A stretch of 58,004 nucleotides of DNA, filler included, from Dirinaria sp. TL-2023a (taxonomy: Eukaryota), in the NCBI GenBank assembly GCA_051941275.1. It is 8 parts of 8 records of this genome, joined end to end, with 100 filler letters (N's around TTAATTAATTAA, not from the genome) between each part and the next. Parts side by side here need not be neighbours in the genome. Positions count along the whole stretch, not along the records: positions 1 to 7,185 come from JAVEBF010001355.1; positions 7,286 to 14,469 come from JAVEBF010001356.1; 6 more parts are not named here. One strand, written 5' to 3'. The translations under genes were made by a program, and so were the position numbers. Below, in pieces: positions 1 through 12,000 of the stretch (position 1 is the first letter of the stretch; each line of letters begins with the position of its first letter). Under the pieces are notes generated by a model. The model saw only the letters and a program-made list of their open reading frames with translations, ran no database searches and was not told where the DNA came from.

Positions 1-3000
1 AGGGAAGCGAACCTTGGATTCGTGCGTCCATTGATCCCGAAGCTCGTCGAGCATGTCAATGTCCCCGAACGGGCTGAGGATTCCGCCCATCAGGCCGGAT
101 TTGCCAACCGCCTTCTTCACGGATTGGAAGCCGGAACCGACGACATCTTTGGCGCCTACCACTCCGGCGACGGAGCTAGTCACTTTACCAAGAAGGTTGT
201 AGGTGCCTGTCACGGCTTTCTTTCCAGTAGCTACCGTGTGAGCGATTTGTTCGGCGGCATCAAGGCGCGGGTAGATGATGGGCACGGTGATCAGCCAGAT
301 ACAGTGCTGCACGCTTGGTGGAAGCATTGCCACCTTCGGGAACAGACCTTGATACGTTGGGCCGGCCATGACTTGGTAAGGGTTGCGCTCAGAGCGGCAG
401 TCTGGACCCACAACGACAACTGCTGGCCCCAGGTACTTGACAAAGTGCCAGCCAGTCCCAGTGATGGTGAAGATGTCCGTGTCGGTGCTGACGTTGCGGA
501 GGATTTCGAGAGTGGTGTGATGCTGAAAGAGTAGATACATGTCTATACCAATGCGACCAATATTCTTGAACATGTTCGAAAATTGCATGTACTCGGGATA
601 GGATCCGAACCCATCAAAGCTTGACCCATGAATGTCAGCTTGCTTTCTGCGAACTGGCGCCGGAGAACTTACATGTCATGATCGTCAATCTGCAAAATAT
701 GTGGTATCTGAGCAAACGCTTCTCTTAAGTACGGCTGATCAAAATGGCTAGTATAATAATGAAAATATGCATGAGAAACGTCTTCCTCGTGCTTAGCCGT
801 CCATTGCGCATTCTTCCTGTTCTCCTTGCCGCTCATTGCAAGCCACTGTTTCAGTAAAGGAATCTCTTTCCATATCCGGTCCGCGTATATCTGGTCACCT
901 AGACCGAGCTGCGTATGGAAGCCTCCGCAGTCGACATGCTTTTGCATAATATCTTTCCACATGTATCCGATACCGCCCAGCTTGGCTCTTTCATTCGCGT
1001 TTACGCTCAAGGAGAAGTCATTTCCCGAAGTGGCAATAAAGCGCCAACTCGTCTCATGCCGGCCCGCCACGAGAAACTCATACCGTGTGCAGCCAAGGTG
1101 TGATGTAATGGCATAAGTCCATTTAGCGCTACCTTCTTCCTCCATTTGCAGGTCAACATCGTACCTATAGAACGTCCATCGCTGGTGCACGGAAATAGCG
1201 TTTGCCTTTAACTGTCGCGGATTTGGGGATAGATCGACGCTTTGATGAATGTGTATTGTCGGAGGCTGGGGAGCATCCGTGACTAGCAAGATCGATCCTA
1301 GCCAGAGGCCTCGTTCAATATCCATGTTAGTATACCTTAGGTACGGCCCAAAATACACTCCATTGGTAGGCGCGACTTTGTACATATCTACCCCAGCGCT
1401 TGGCGGAGGACCAGAGAAGCCTGCTACTGTTGGCGTTGAAGACTGCATACTCATGACACTCTCTGGATAACCAGGAGTGGAAGGCGCGAAACCCGGAGAC
1501 GCCATCGGCTTACCGAATGCGCTTATACCTGGTGAAGCCAAAGGATGAGCAAAATTGCTGGCAGCCGGTGACAGTGGCTCGTTGAGGTTCAGCGGTGTTG
1601 GGCCCTTGGGGAATTCCCATTGAGTAGATTGAGTGGGCAAATGAATATAGTAGTATTGCCCGGAATTGGAATCTAGGTGCGCTATCCAGCCTTCTGGCAA
1701 CGGCGGCGGCGAAGCTGGACCAGGAGCAGCCGACACTGAAACTGGTTTGGTAGCCTGCTGTGGCACTGGTTGCGAATTGCTTTGTACCGCTGGGTGCGGC
1801 GGCTGACTCGAATGTCGAGGGTCGTTTGCAAATGCTGGGTGTCTTTGATTTTGTGCCTCTGGTGAGAGAGCTGCCCCAGTCGCCGCACCAGCCACTGCAC
1901 CGGCGGCTGTATTTGGCCCTTGGCTTTGCTTTTCGTTCGGATAGCCTTGAGCGGAGCTTCCGGGGGCGCCACCTTGAGATACGCTCGAGTAAGCGGGCGG
2001 AGGCGAAGCTGATACATGCATTCGTTGCATATCCTGCTCCAGAGCTGACGGCTGAGAGCTCCTGCCTGGCTGCCGTGATGGTGAAGCCAACCGTCCTTGA
2101 GGTATGGGTGCTTGTACTGGTGGAGAATTCGAAGTTTGGCCTGGGCCCTGGTAGACGGTGGGTGGTCCATGAGGTTGCGAGCCAGGTTGCTCGGTTGGCG
2201 TCCAAGGCCGCCTCACCGGTTGCTGCTGTTGGTACTGTTGCGCTCTTTGCTGAGCCGCCGCATTTTGGGCTTGAAGGCTTGTCAAAGTCGACGTACCAGC
2301 GATTCCCGACGCTGCATATCGAGCCTCGATATCTCCTGGTACTTCTCCAGATTGCACGATAGGAGTCTCTGGCGGAGGCGGAGAACCTCTTTGTGCTTTT
2401 GTAGTTGAAGTAGACGCAGTGGAGCTCAGTCTATTTACTCCCGGGTTCGGTACCTGCAAACCATTTGCCGGCGCTGTTGTATTGCTGGACGAGCTCTCCC
2501 CTGGTGGAGGCCAATACTGCTGATAGTAATTCGGGTATGGATTGTTGTCCTGCTGGGAAGGCTTCCGCGCATTATTGGAAGCTTCTTCACGGACGGGCAA
2601 CTTCTGGAACAGCCCTTCCTTGTCCGGCGTATCTGGCCCTGGTGAGTCTGGTAAAGGTTTCGGTATGTTGTTCCGCCTCTCCGCCAGTCTCGACGAATTT
2701 TGAGATGATGCGCCGTCGCGCCCTTGCAAAGGCCGTAATGAAGGAGGAGGATATTCAGGTACAGCGGATGATCTCGGCTCGTTCGATGGAGGAGGGGACG
2801 TCCTGTATGGTCGCGGCGCCCTACCTCGTCCCGAGTCCACACGTGTAGCTGATGGACGCTGCTGAACCGGTGCCGGGTCGTCCGGGTATGGCAATGGGGC
2901 AGGCGAGCTAGATGCGCCTGGAGGTAGTGGCAAGATGGGTTGCTGCGCATTATTACCAGGGCGGGGATGATTTGGTTCAGGAGAGCGCGAGTCTCGCTTG

Positions 3001-3098
3001 TAGATTCTCAAGGGCTCGACAGTCGGCGAATCTGGGTTTGAGGGCCTCTGGAGAAACATTTCCTCCTCTGGCTTCCCATATCGAGACCCGGACGCCAT
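1..3098 (-). CDS. so: SO (SOFT)/PRO40/HAM-1 hyphal fusion scaffold: Pro/Gln-rich N-terminus, WW domain and PhoD-like domain; 3' end runs off the window
   Basis: The WW domain PPPLPEGWIAHLDSNSGQYYYIHLPTQSTQWEFPKGP is typical of SO/PRO40. PhoD-like motifs GDQIYAD and DDHD|IFDGFGSYP are joined across a GT-AG intron at 672-620. The frame continues toward position 1. Confidence 0.88.
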
Positions 3099-4784
3099 CT
3101 TAAGGCTTGAAAGCGGACTGGAGCTGATTGTCGAGCGAAGGTTTTACAATGGCGAGGTAATCGATTTGACTAGTAGGGGGACAATCATCGCCTCGTCAAG
3201 TACATATATGGTTGAAAGTATCAGTACAGTGAAGCCAGCAACAGGCTACAGTAAGGTAGGTAGCAGAGGAGGAGTGAAAGCTGTAATCATAGGTTCATTG
3301 CGTTCGTCAAAGAGAGGCATGCGCTCCTGGCGTCATAATACCTTACCTTACCTTACGGAAGAGACCCGCTCAGGTAAGGTAGGGTTCGGGTACGAGTAGT
3401 GTGAGTATGAGCTGTCGTTCGTAGCCGCCCGAGGGGCCCTTGGTGGTGCCGAGGTGCAACTCCCAGCGCTTCCAAGGCTGAGCCATCTACAAACGGGCCA
3501 ATCAACGCCGAGCCAACCTCCACTCACCACTGACACCAGGAAGAAGAAGAACGTCGCCATACCATGCTTGTCACGAAGTCGGCTTTCACCTTGAGAGCTC
3601 CATTATTCAAGTAGCCGAGGACAGATCAAAAGGGCATCTGTTACTGCCCGTTTATACACAACTGAAGTCCAGGCAAACAAAAGTGACGTCCTTGACGGTT
3701 CTCCTCTTGAAGCTGTTCGTCTCCAGAGCTGCTGAATCATCGTCTATAGAATTCTGAGAGTCACTATAGAGGGTGACGATGGCCTCGTTCTATTCCTCCC
3801 GCTTGCCTAGTCATGCAGGCTCGTCTGCTTTGTCTGCGTGTGATGGAACCCTCTACCGGATTTTGGCAAACCTGACGTTGTCGCCGTCGACGTGTGCAAC
3901 TACAGGAGGAAAGTCAGGACACCAGACCTGAAGCCTTGCCACCTCATTCTTCCAGGGTTTCTTCGTGTTTTTCTAGACTCCGGTGTTCAGCCAACAAGTT
4001 GATTCGGACTTCAAAGCTTGAAATGCTAGAGCAAGCAAGATGGCTCTTGGCTATGTCATTCGACAATTTCAACTACTAAGCTCCAGCAAGTCATCTCTTG
4101 GTCCATTGGTGCGAACATGCGCCTGACAACTTGTAGCTTCATGCTTTACGCCGCCTTCTTATTACAAAACGTGATCCTCCTTCGAGCTATCAGCCGGGAA
4201 GCGAGCAGCCCTTGCTGTGAACTACTCCGGCCTTGCCTGCTGCAATTTTCGACACATTCAAATAATGCAGCAGCGTCTGGAGCATGCAAATCAGCAACGA
4301 TCCAGCGCCCATGTTGTCAAAGCACAATTGCATACCAAAGAGGCTTAGCGCGCTAGGGCTGCGCTAGTCCCAAACCTGTCTACAAAAGACCTCCAATTAT
4401 ATCAAGATCGGAATTCACTTTTGGATCCACGACATAGAACTTCAAAGAAGCTTTGTGTTGTTCTCTAGTAGATCAGCTCGAGCTGAAACCATTGTATCGC
4501 AGGAGAAGGTAGGAGTAGGCTTTTCCTCAGAAGTCGAAGGGTCCTCGTCCGGACTCGTATGCCATGCCATTGACGAGGCCTTTGACAATGTACGGTATGC
4601 GTCAAAGGATGATCTCGATGTCTGAAAGGTCGCTTCTTAAATTAGACCAATCCGCAGTACTGAGTGTGCTGTGTTGGCATTCTCAACAGCAAGTGACAAG
4701 TACCTACCTCACGGATCTCGAGAAAAGTCGCCTAGAACAGGCTTGTCTGCTCTTTGATATTCTCACATTCACTGTCCCTGGCCT

Positions 4785-4977
4785 TATTGGGTATTGACAA
4801 AGTGAAATGTGCCAGTACTGCCTGTTCAAGGGGTGTGACCTTGGTCTTCTTGGTCACCTTTTCTTATTGAGTATCAAGTCTTTATCTTACGGACAAACCC
4901 TCTTCACTATAGCCTTATTGTTGAAGTCGGTGTCGAAGAGCTATTGATACCTTGATCGAGCAGTGATATCATATAAA
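4785..4977 (+). promoter_or_regulatory. Putative promoter of the pheromone-like precursor: five TATTG cores plus a TATA box
   Basis: TATTG at 4785, 4792, 4865 (CTTATTGAG), 4916 and 4942 (CTATTGAT); TATAAA at 4972-4977; pyrimidine-rich tract before the ATG at 5138. Confidence 0.5.
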
Positions 4978-5137
4978 GCTCCTGCTCTCATAGCTCCTCT
5001 CTTTCCATCCCTGAAATTTTCTTCCAACAGTCCTTCACTCCAACCTTTACATCAATCCCCACATTGGACAACAGTACATTTATTCGAGCATCTTTCAGCA
5101 AAGCATCCATCATTCTAGCAATTATCCAAATATCATT

Positions 5138-5834
5138 ATGAGACTCACCTCTATCCTCTATACCGCCATTTTGGCGGTCGCTTCAGTCGACGCCTTACCG
5201 GGACCTCAGCCGGATGCTGCCGTGTTGAATGAGGTTTGCCATCAACCTGGCCAACCATGCCACAAGTTGAAGCGTGCTGCTGAGATCGTCAATGACCTCC
5301 TAGCAGAGACCACGACAGAGCCCACCGCATCCTCTACAACGCAACCGAATACAGCTAATAGTTGGTGCCACGGCACGGGTGAGGCTTGTGCTAAGGCCAA
5401 ACGTGACGCTCTCGCCCTCGCCGAAGCTGTTGCTGACGCGCGTGCGGCTGCGTCTGCGGGACCAGCACCAGGTAAGACATCCTCAGTTCCAACTCACATT
5501 GACCTCATATTGCCCACACCTCGGTGTTGGACGAGACCCCTTACCTGAATGTCTGTGATGAATTGCGCTAACATACATTGTAGACGCTGAGGAAATTCAG
5601 CGCTTCTGTTACGAAGATAATCAGCCGTGCGCAAAACTCAAGCGTGCTGCGGAGGCCGTCGCTGAGGCGATAGCTGAGCCCACTGCTGCGCCAGAGCCAG
5701 AAGCCCATCGCCATCACCACCACTACGACGACAATTCCGCCAACCAGCATATATGGTGCGCTATGGCCGGTCAAACTTGTGCCAAGCACAAGCGTGCTCT
5801 GGATGATTTGAGCGCTGTGGTTGCGAAGATTTAA
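5138..5834 (+). CDS. ppg1: Alpha-factor-like (Ppg1/PpgA/Ccg-4 type) pheromone precursor or Kex2-processed repeat protein, 194 aa
   Basis: Exons 5138-5471 and 5584-5834 (GTAAGA donor, GCTAAC branch, TAG acceptor). Signal peptide MRLTSILYTAILAVASVDA. Four C-x6-C units, each followed by KxKR: VCHQPGQPCH, WCHGTGEACA, FCYEDNQPCA, WCAMAGQTCA. EA/EP/AP-rich spacers. Confidence 0.8.
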
Positions 5835-7185
5835 GCATGCTGTTCTCGCCAGCCAACAACTACACACTCTTCAGCTCCGGTACATCACGGAGCATCCTGG
5901 GGCCGTTCGTACCCCTTATTTTCTATAGCTATCACTGGATTGGTTTTGATGTCAGTCGTTTTACTCATAATTCGACTCACATCTATAACCGGGGGGTTGC
6001 ACGGCGTTTTGCAAGGTAGTATTGTTTGTTAGCATCTTTGCCTGCGTCTATTACTATGTCCTCGGCGGGGATCCCGGAGGCAACTTTCATTTACGTCCGG
6101 GTTCTGGCCCGTGCGAAGGGCCATAATTCACACCGACATTCTTTCGTTTGGAAACGGTGGGCTCATTGGGGGATCTGGGAGGTAACCCGGTTGCATTTGC
6201 TAGGAGTTTGGTTTTGCGCAGTGGGAACTGGCTGATCTGGTGGAGCTGGCTGGAAATCTACTCTACTCTAATTCAATGATAATCATATGACATTTCGGGA
6301 GCTAATCCGCCAATGCCACCTGTGTCCAAAGTCCTGTTGTGAATGTGATGACATCGTCAAGGAAAGGGGCTCGCTTCGCTATTGAGGACTCGGTCCGTCG
6401 TTATTGAGTACCGAATCCGTCCATGCCCTAAGGCGGGTGTTGAGGTGATTTTCCATGCTTTGTCTGATGAAACAAGTCCTTGTGCATGTCAGGCTTGCCA
6501 GCTCCGGCTCGGAACCACGGCCGATAAAGCGGTGCGCCAAGTTGAGATGACAGAGACGAATTGCAAATGACAATTGCAGATGTGATCTGGTGTACCTCGT
6601 CTATGGGTTACAATTGGTTCGCTCCACAAGTACCTGACTTTATCTACATGTAGGTAGGTATCTTTTCGCACACCCAACCAGGCTTTGTGTGAATTGTCCA
6701 TAGCAACATCTCTCTGGTGCTGAGCCCGGTGGCCAGCGTTGGGATGGGGCTTGCTCGAGGGGCTGTAGACATCGATCGCTCACCGATATCGTTCCCCAGC
6801 CATTCTCTCCTTTGTCCCGTAGACGATTGATTACCTCATTACCTCGACGATGACGGGGGATGCGGTTTACAGGTGAAACATGCAAATGCTAATGTAAGCT
6901 GTGTAGCGTTGCGCGCGGTCAACAAACACTTATGCGGCAGGGGAGCCCAGGGACGCGAAGGGAAGGAATGGGCTTGGTCGATCCACTCCATCGAGCCAGC
7001 CCGCAGCCGTTGATCCAGTCATCTCGAGCGGGCGTTTACTTCCCAATGCACGGCGGTGGATGAACGGCACGATGTCTGGAAGTTTCCAGGATGTTGGACA
7101 GGATAAACGGTGACACGAACCAAAGCCCGCCGAGCTCGCAGAGAACATCCGAGGTGGAATCCTGGATTCCGGGACATGCATATTC

Positions 7186-7285
7186 NNNNNNNNNNNNNNN
7201 NNNNNNNNNNNNNNNNNNNNNNNNNNNNNTTAATTAATTAANNNNNNNNNNNNNNNNNNNNNNNNNNNNNNNNNNNNNNNNNNNN
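7186..7285. other. Artificial contig linker
   Basis: 44 N + TTAATTAATTAA (stops in all six frames) + 44 N. Confidence 0.99.
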
Positions 7286-7758
7286 ACATACATACATAAA
7301 GGAGAGTTCAAGGACGGTACTTCGATGGTTACATAAACTTGGTTTATTTCTTATTCTCCATTCCGATTCCAGGCGGGTGGTTCTAGAGTGTCAAAGGCAC
7401 CTGGTAGTTGTTACCTTATAACCTCGAAAGAAAGAAAAAAAATCTTATTTTTTGGGGGGGGGGGGGTTGGAATTCCCCTACCATACCTACTTTAGTCCTA
7501 CACTACCTAGGTACCTACCAGTCTTAAATAATGTAGTAGACTACCTTAAGGTAGCTTTGCATTAAGACCAAGTTTTTTATATTTAGAAAACCCAGTAAGG
7601 TATCGAATCATTATGATTAATCATGTAAAGTGTGAGACCAGATCGTGAGAATGAAAAACGAAGCGTCGGGCTCTGAGGAGAACGGGAACGGAGGGAGGGG
7701 GAGCAGGTGAGAAATTGGAAAGAGGAGGTGTGTTTATTGTCTGTCCATGTCTACTAAT

Positions 7759-7790
<32 letters not shown>

Positions 7791-8817
7791 CCTTCTTTTC
7801 TTTTTTAAAGGTTTTTCGGGGGTTTACTGGATTCATTTTTCTTCTTCTGCGTAAATGTAGATGCTTGCAAGAGATGCAATGATACAGAACTATACAATAT
7901 TTCATGGGGAGTTATTTTTAGGGTTGTCAAGTTGTGGGTTTGGGCCCTTGGGGGAGGTGGTAGGGCAAGGAAACCAGATTTAATCTTCTTCTTCTTCTTC
8001 TTCGACGACTGCTTAGGTATACATAATGTAGTTTACATACATGCCCCTGGCACTGACAACGCGATATACCCGAAAGAGAGAAAAAAAAAAAAGATTTGTG
8101 CAGGGAGTAAGTGCAAAAGCAATATTTATTTGATGAAAAACATACAGTAATTGACGTTGAGATTGATTTGACTTGAACGCGGAATAATACCAAGATTATT
8201 ATCGATCCATCCGTAACAGATAGAAAAACACCCGTTCTTGACGCCGTTTTGGCTAAAGTGGTATTCCTATCCTTCGGCTATGATTTATGAATATTTCTTG
8301 GTCCGAGTCCGATGTCCGAGGCACCTCTACCAACTAACTGAAGGGCCCTATCTGCTGCCAAATCCGTCTACCTAAACGCCCAATCCCTGGGCGTTTAAAA
8401 GGTAGGTGAGTGGATGACAATGGATATATTGGTCTCCCACGGAATTTCGTGCCATTGCCACTGTATGCTGAGTATATCTTGTGATAATACTGAAGTGCGC
8501 GGGGTTGCTGGAGAAGCTGAGGATGTCACGTGGTCTGAGAACGTCATCGGATGGCTCACATTTGTCGGAGTGACTGTATATGCGACTCGGGGTTGATTCC
8601 GGGTGGGTTTGCCGCATCTCGACTCTGCCGAATTTGGCTGGTTCCCACACATAAGATACATGTCCTGGAACTTGGGATGGTCGCCTGCCTTTGCGTGTAG
8701 CAATGATAGGCCACTCTGCTGTTTGCCTCGGCTCTCTCTCCATAATATCCTACTCGAACTTCGAGCGCTGTTTTTATCTGTGCACAGGAATTGGCGCAGG
8801 GAGTGGTATTACCAACT

Positions 8818-10785
8818 TCAATCGTAGCTCATCCGCTGTCTTGGGTTACGTCTCACACTAGGACCAGTGGACAACTCCTGAGGCTCGACATCGGCTGTCG
8901 CGGTAAGCTCCGGTGTTACGGCCGCTTCATCGGAAAGCTGATAGCGCATCCGCCCTCCTACTTCATGCCTTGCGTCTTGAGAATGTAGCTGTGCAATGTC
9001 TCCGCCTCCCAGCTCTGTCCTGCCCCACGCAGGTTGGCCCTGCATCCCCTGTACCTGGCTATACGCTGGATTCGACGCTTCTCTTGCCGTTTTCTTCCGT
9101 CGCCAGATCCAAAACGCGACTAGAGCGCTTGCAATGACAGCTATTGGCACGACGACGCCGATTGCAGCCTTGCCGCCCGTGGAGATTCCAGAGGAGCTGG
9201 AAGGAAGTGGGGTGCTTGTTGAAGAGACAAGCCGACCATTGCTGGTCGACACAGCGGCAGGAGCAGTAACAGTGACACCACTGGTTCCCGAGAGGGTCTT
9301 GGTTGGAATTACGAGGTTTTTGATCGTAGGAAGGGGAGCATTCCCGTCAAGCGTCCAAGATCCGCTGGCAGAGGAAGCAGGGCACGAGGGTGTGGTTCCT
9401 GTGAAAGTGTACTCGGAGCCAGGAACACCAGTTGGTGTCAGGGTATCCCATTGGCTGCGATGTGTCAGTCCATGTATCACTGTATACATGCTTAGAGCCT
9501 ACCTTTGCAGGTTGTAGAAGTCGGGTGTAATAGGCGTAGGGGTACCGGAGGCTCCAAAGGCAGTTGAGGTACCACCATTAGGGTATGACACTATGCCGAA
9601 TTTGTTCTCTTCTTCGCGCCATTCGTATCTAGGAGGAATTTCAGCATTTGATACTAGCGAGCGCGATGGCATAGGCTGTAATAGGGACGTACATCACAGC
9701 TCCACTCCATTGCTGATTCATATCAGGTCCAAGGACTGCTTCTTGGTCGCCAAATGTACGATTACCGACCTCATTACATCCTGTCTCGGAGAAGAATTGC
9801 GGCAGTGGAGAGCCGAGCGACGCGTTGTACAGCTCATCGTACCCGGAAGAGGTAAACGAGCTCGGGCCACACCAAGAGTAACGATTCAAGGCGAAGAAAT
9901 CGATAGTAGTCGAATTGTCGCCACCGCAGCCTAGATAATCCCTCAGAGTCGATATGAAGTCGGTACCTAGGTCTTCTGAGCAATATCCGACAGGGATGCG
10001 CCGCATTTTTTGGGCATCTCGGTATGCTTTGACGTCTCTTGCTGCGGCTTTGATGTACGGTGCGGCTTCGAGAGCGGATTCTAGATTTGTTGAGTATAAG
10101 CTAGTTCGAAGCTTGGCTTGCGAGGATGAGGACTTACTACTGGCGATGACCTCGTTTCCGACGTCAACCGCAAGAAGATTATCGTACTGAGAGAACTCGG
10201 ACAAGGTCTTGGTATAATGATTGAACAGATCTTTTGTCCAAGTTGGTTGCGTCTAAGATGTCTCAGTCAAGGTTCACGTCTTGATGCACAAGGCTGCTAA
10301 AGAAATCCAGGTTTCTGTGGGACGTTTCTGTAGGACGGAACCTCGAAAGATGCCCAACTTACCGCCACGATGCGCGTGTCGACAGTAGTCAAGCTTAGAA
10401 GAACGTAGATGCCATGACTCTTAAACGTACTCATACACGCAGTATGATTAAGGGTATTGTTGACCGTGTACACGCGAATGGTGTTGACGAGTAAGGTCTG
10501 CATCAGCGGTGCATCGAGAGCGCATTGATCGGCATCGGCTAATTTGTCTGTAGAGTTGACCCCTCCATAGGCATATACCATGCCTTGTATTTCATCAATC
10601 ATTTATATATGAACATTTCTGGATCGCGACGTACCTTTGATGTAGAATTGTTTGCCCGAGGTGTCGAAGAATTTCGATCCTTTGGCAGTCACAGGCAGGA
10701 GAGATTGCGCTTCTACGCTTAATGAATGGAGGAGCCATATCAAAAGACTCAACGTGAGCCAGGCTGAATGGAGAACACTGGCCAT
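8818..10785 (-). CDS. GH72 (Gas/Gel) beta-1,3-glucanosyltransferase with a C-terminal transmembrane helix and cytoplasmic tail; multi-exon
   Basis: Signal peptide; KGSKFF...QFYIKG, NTIRVY, NHTACM; catalytic-site motifs VGNEV and FFSETGC; YSWCG, WSGA. These are followed by a Ser/Thr-rich region, AAIGVVVPIAVIASALVAFWIWRRKK and a tail of about 90 aa. Confidence 0.88.
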
Positions 10786-12000
10786 GACAGGCGCGTGGGT
10801 CTGCAGGAGGTTCGCACGACAAAGGGAAAAAAGGCCGGAAGTCGGCGAGTGGACAACATGATCAACGCTAAAAATGACTGTTGGTGCGCTACGGATCCTT
10901 TGCCAGGGTTGGTTGCGAAGGGAAGGAAATTAAATCCTGAGGATGCTAAAGTTATCAGAAACGAAGCTAACGGACGATCGAATCCATCGTGGTCTGGACG
11001 AGGCGGACAAGGGAAAAGATGAGATTTATCTTATCGCTATCGCTTCTTGGCAACATCTGGGGTTTGTCTTCAACCACGACGTGATCATTAGTCTGAGCAT
11101 CAACAAATGATGATGATGATGTATTTTTGTCGATTGAATTCCCCGAAATATGACCGCATGGTCGTTTCAAGCATACCAGCAAATTCTGACAGAAAGAGAT
11201 CAACGCATCGATGACGGACTCGATCACCGTTGCAGCACCGTTTTCAAATAGGCAGATCGTGAATGTTGTATCAGTACCGAGTACCATAGCCAGAAAATAT
11301 GGAGATAAGACTTTGAAGAGGGAAAGAAGTACAGGCGGACTATAGTAAGACAATAATTCGTTGAAGTGAAGAAATTCAAAAACGAACCTAGCATTCCGCA
11401 AGAAGAAAAGTGCCAAGGACCTAAGTTACATGAAATAATCTTACATGCCAAGACCCGTTGCTTTTGCCTTACCGCCTAATCTACCAAGACCGGTCTAGTT
11501 CAGTGCGGCGACTGCGTAATGAATGGGGATGTAACATGTACAGTATTCGTAGCCATCATCTTTGATCGTGGACATGCATCAGGTAAAATATCCCATCTCC
11601 ACTTCTTACAACATACAGCGCGACAACAGATGCATCGTAATCTGACTGACGGCTTCTCCGATGCCAGTGCACAGATCTGGAATATCAGTAAGCGGAAGAC
11701 GCCGGTGCCCGAGCATTAAACCTCCCTGATACCGCTTAGTCCCAAGGCTCCGACTTCTATTTCGAGGTTTCGAGCTCGCTCATCTTATCTCGTTGCCTCT
11801 TCTGCTTTCATCCTGCTGCGTCTGTCGGAATGGGCGACAGCACGCGCAGATGACCCTGGGGCCTAAGGCTTAGAATGATCTATAAATTGGTCATTGGCCT
11901 CAATTAAAAATCTCGACTTCTATGATAAATGTGTGGCAGCTTATAGACGAATCTTTTGATCTTGTGCTTGCTATCTTGATTGATATTTCTATCCACTGTC

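Noticed and set aside
22..2950. Numerous overlapping ORFs inside SO, and similar ones inside IDO, NFS1, the kinase and GUD1
   Set aside because: Shadow frames of GC-rich real genes, with no recognisable motifs.
10967..11451. 149-aa and 75-aa minus-strand ORFs between the GH72 and guanine deaminase genes
   Set aside because: No motifs or splice support; most likely divergent promoter sequence.
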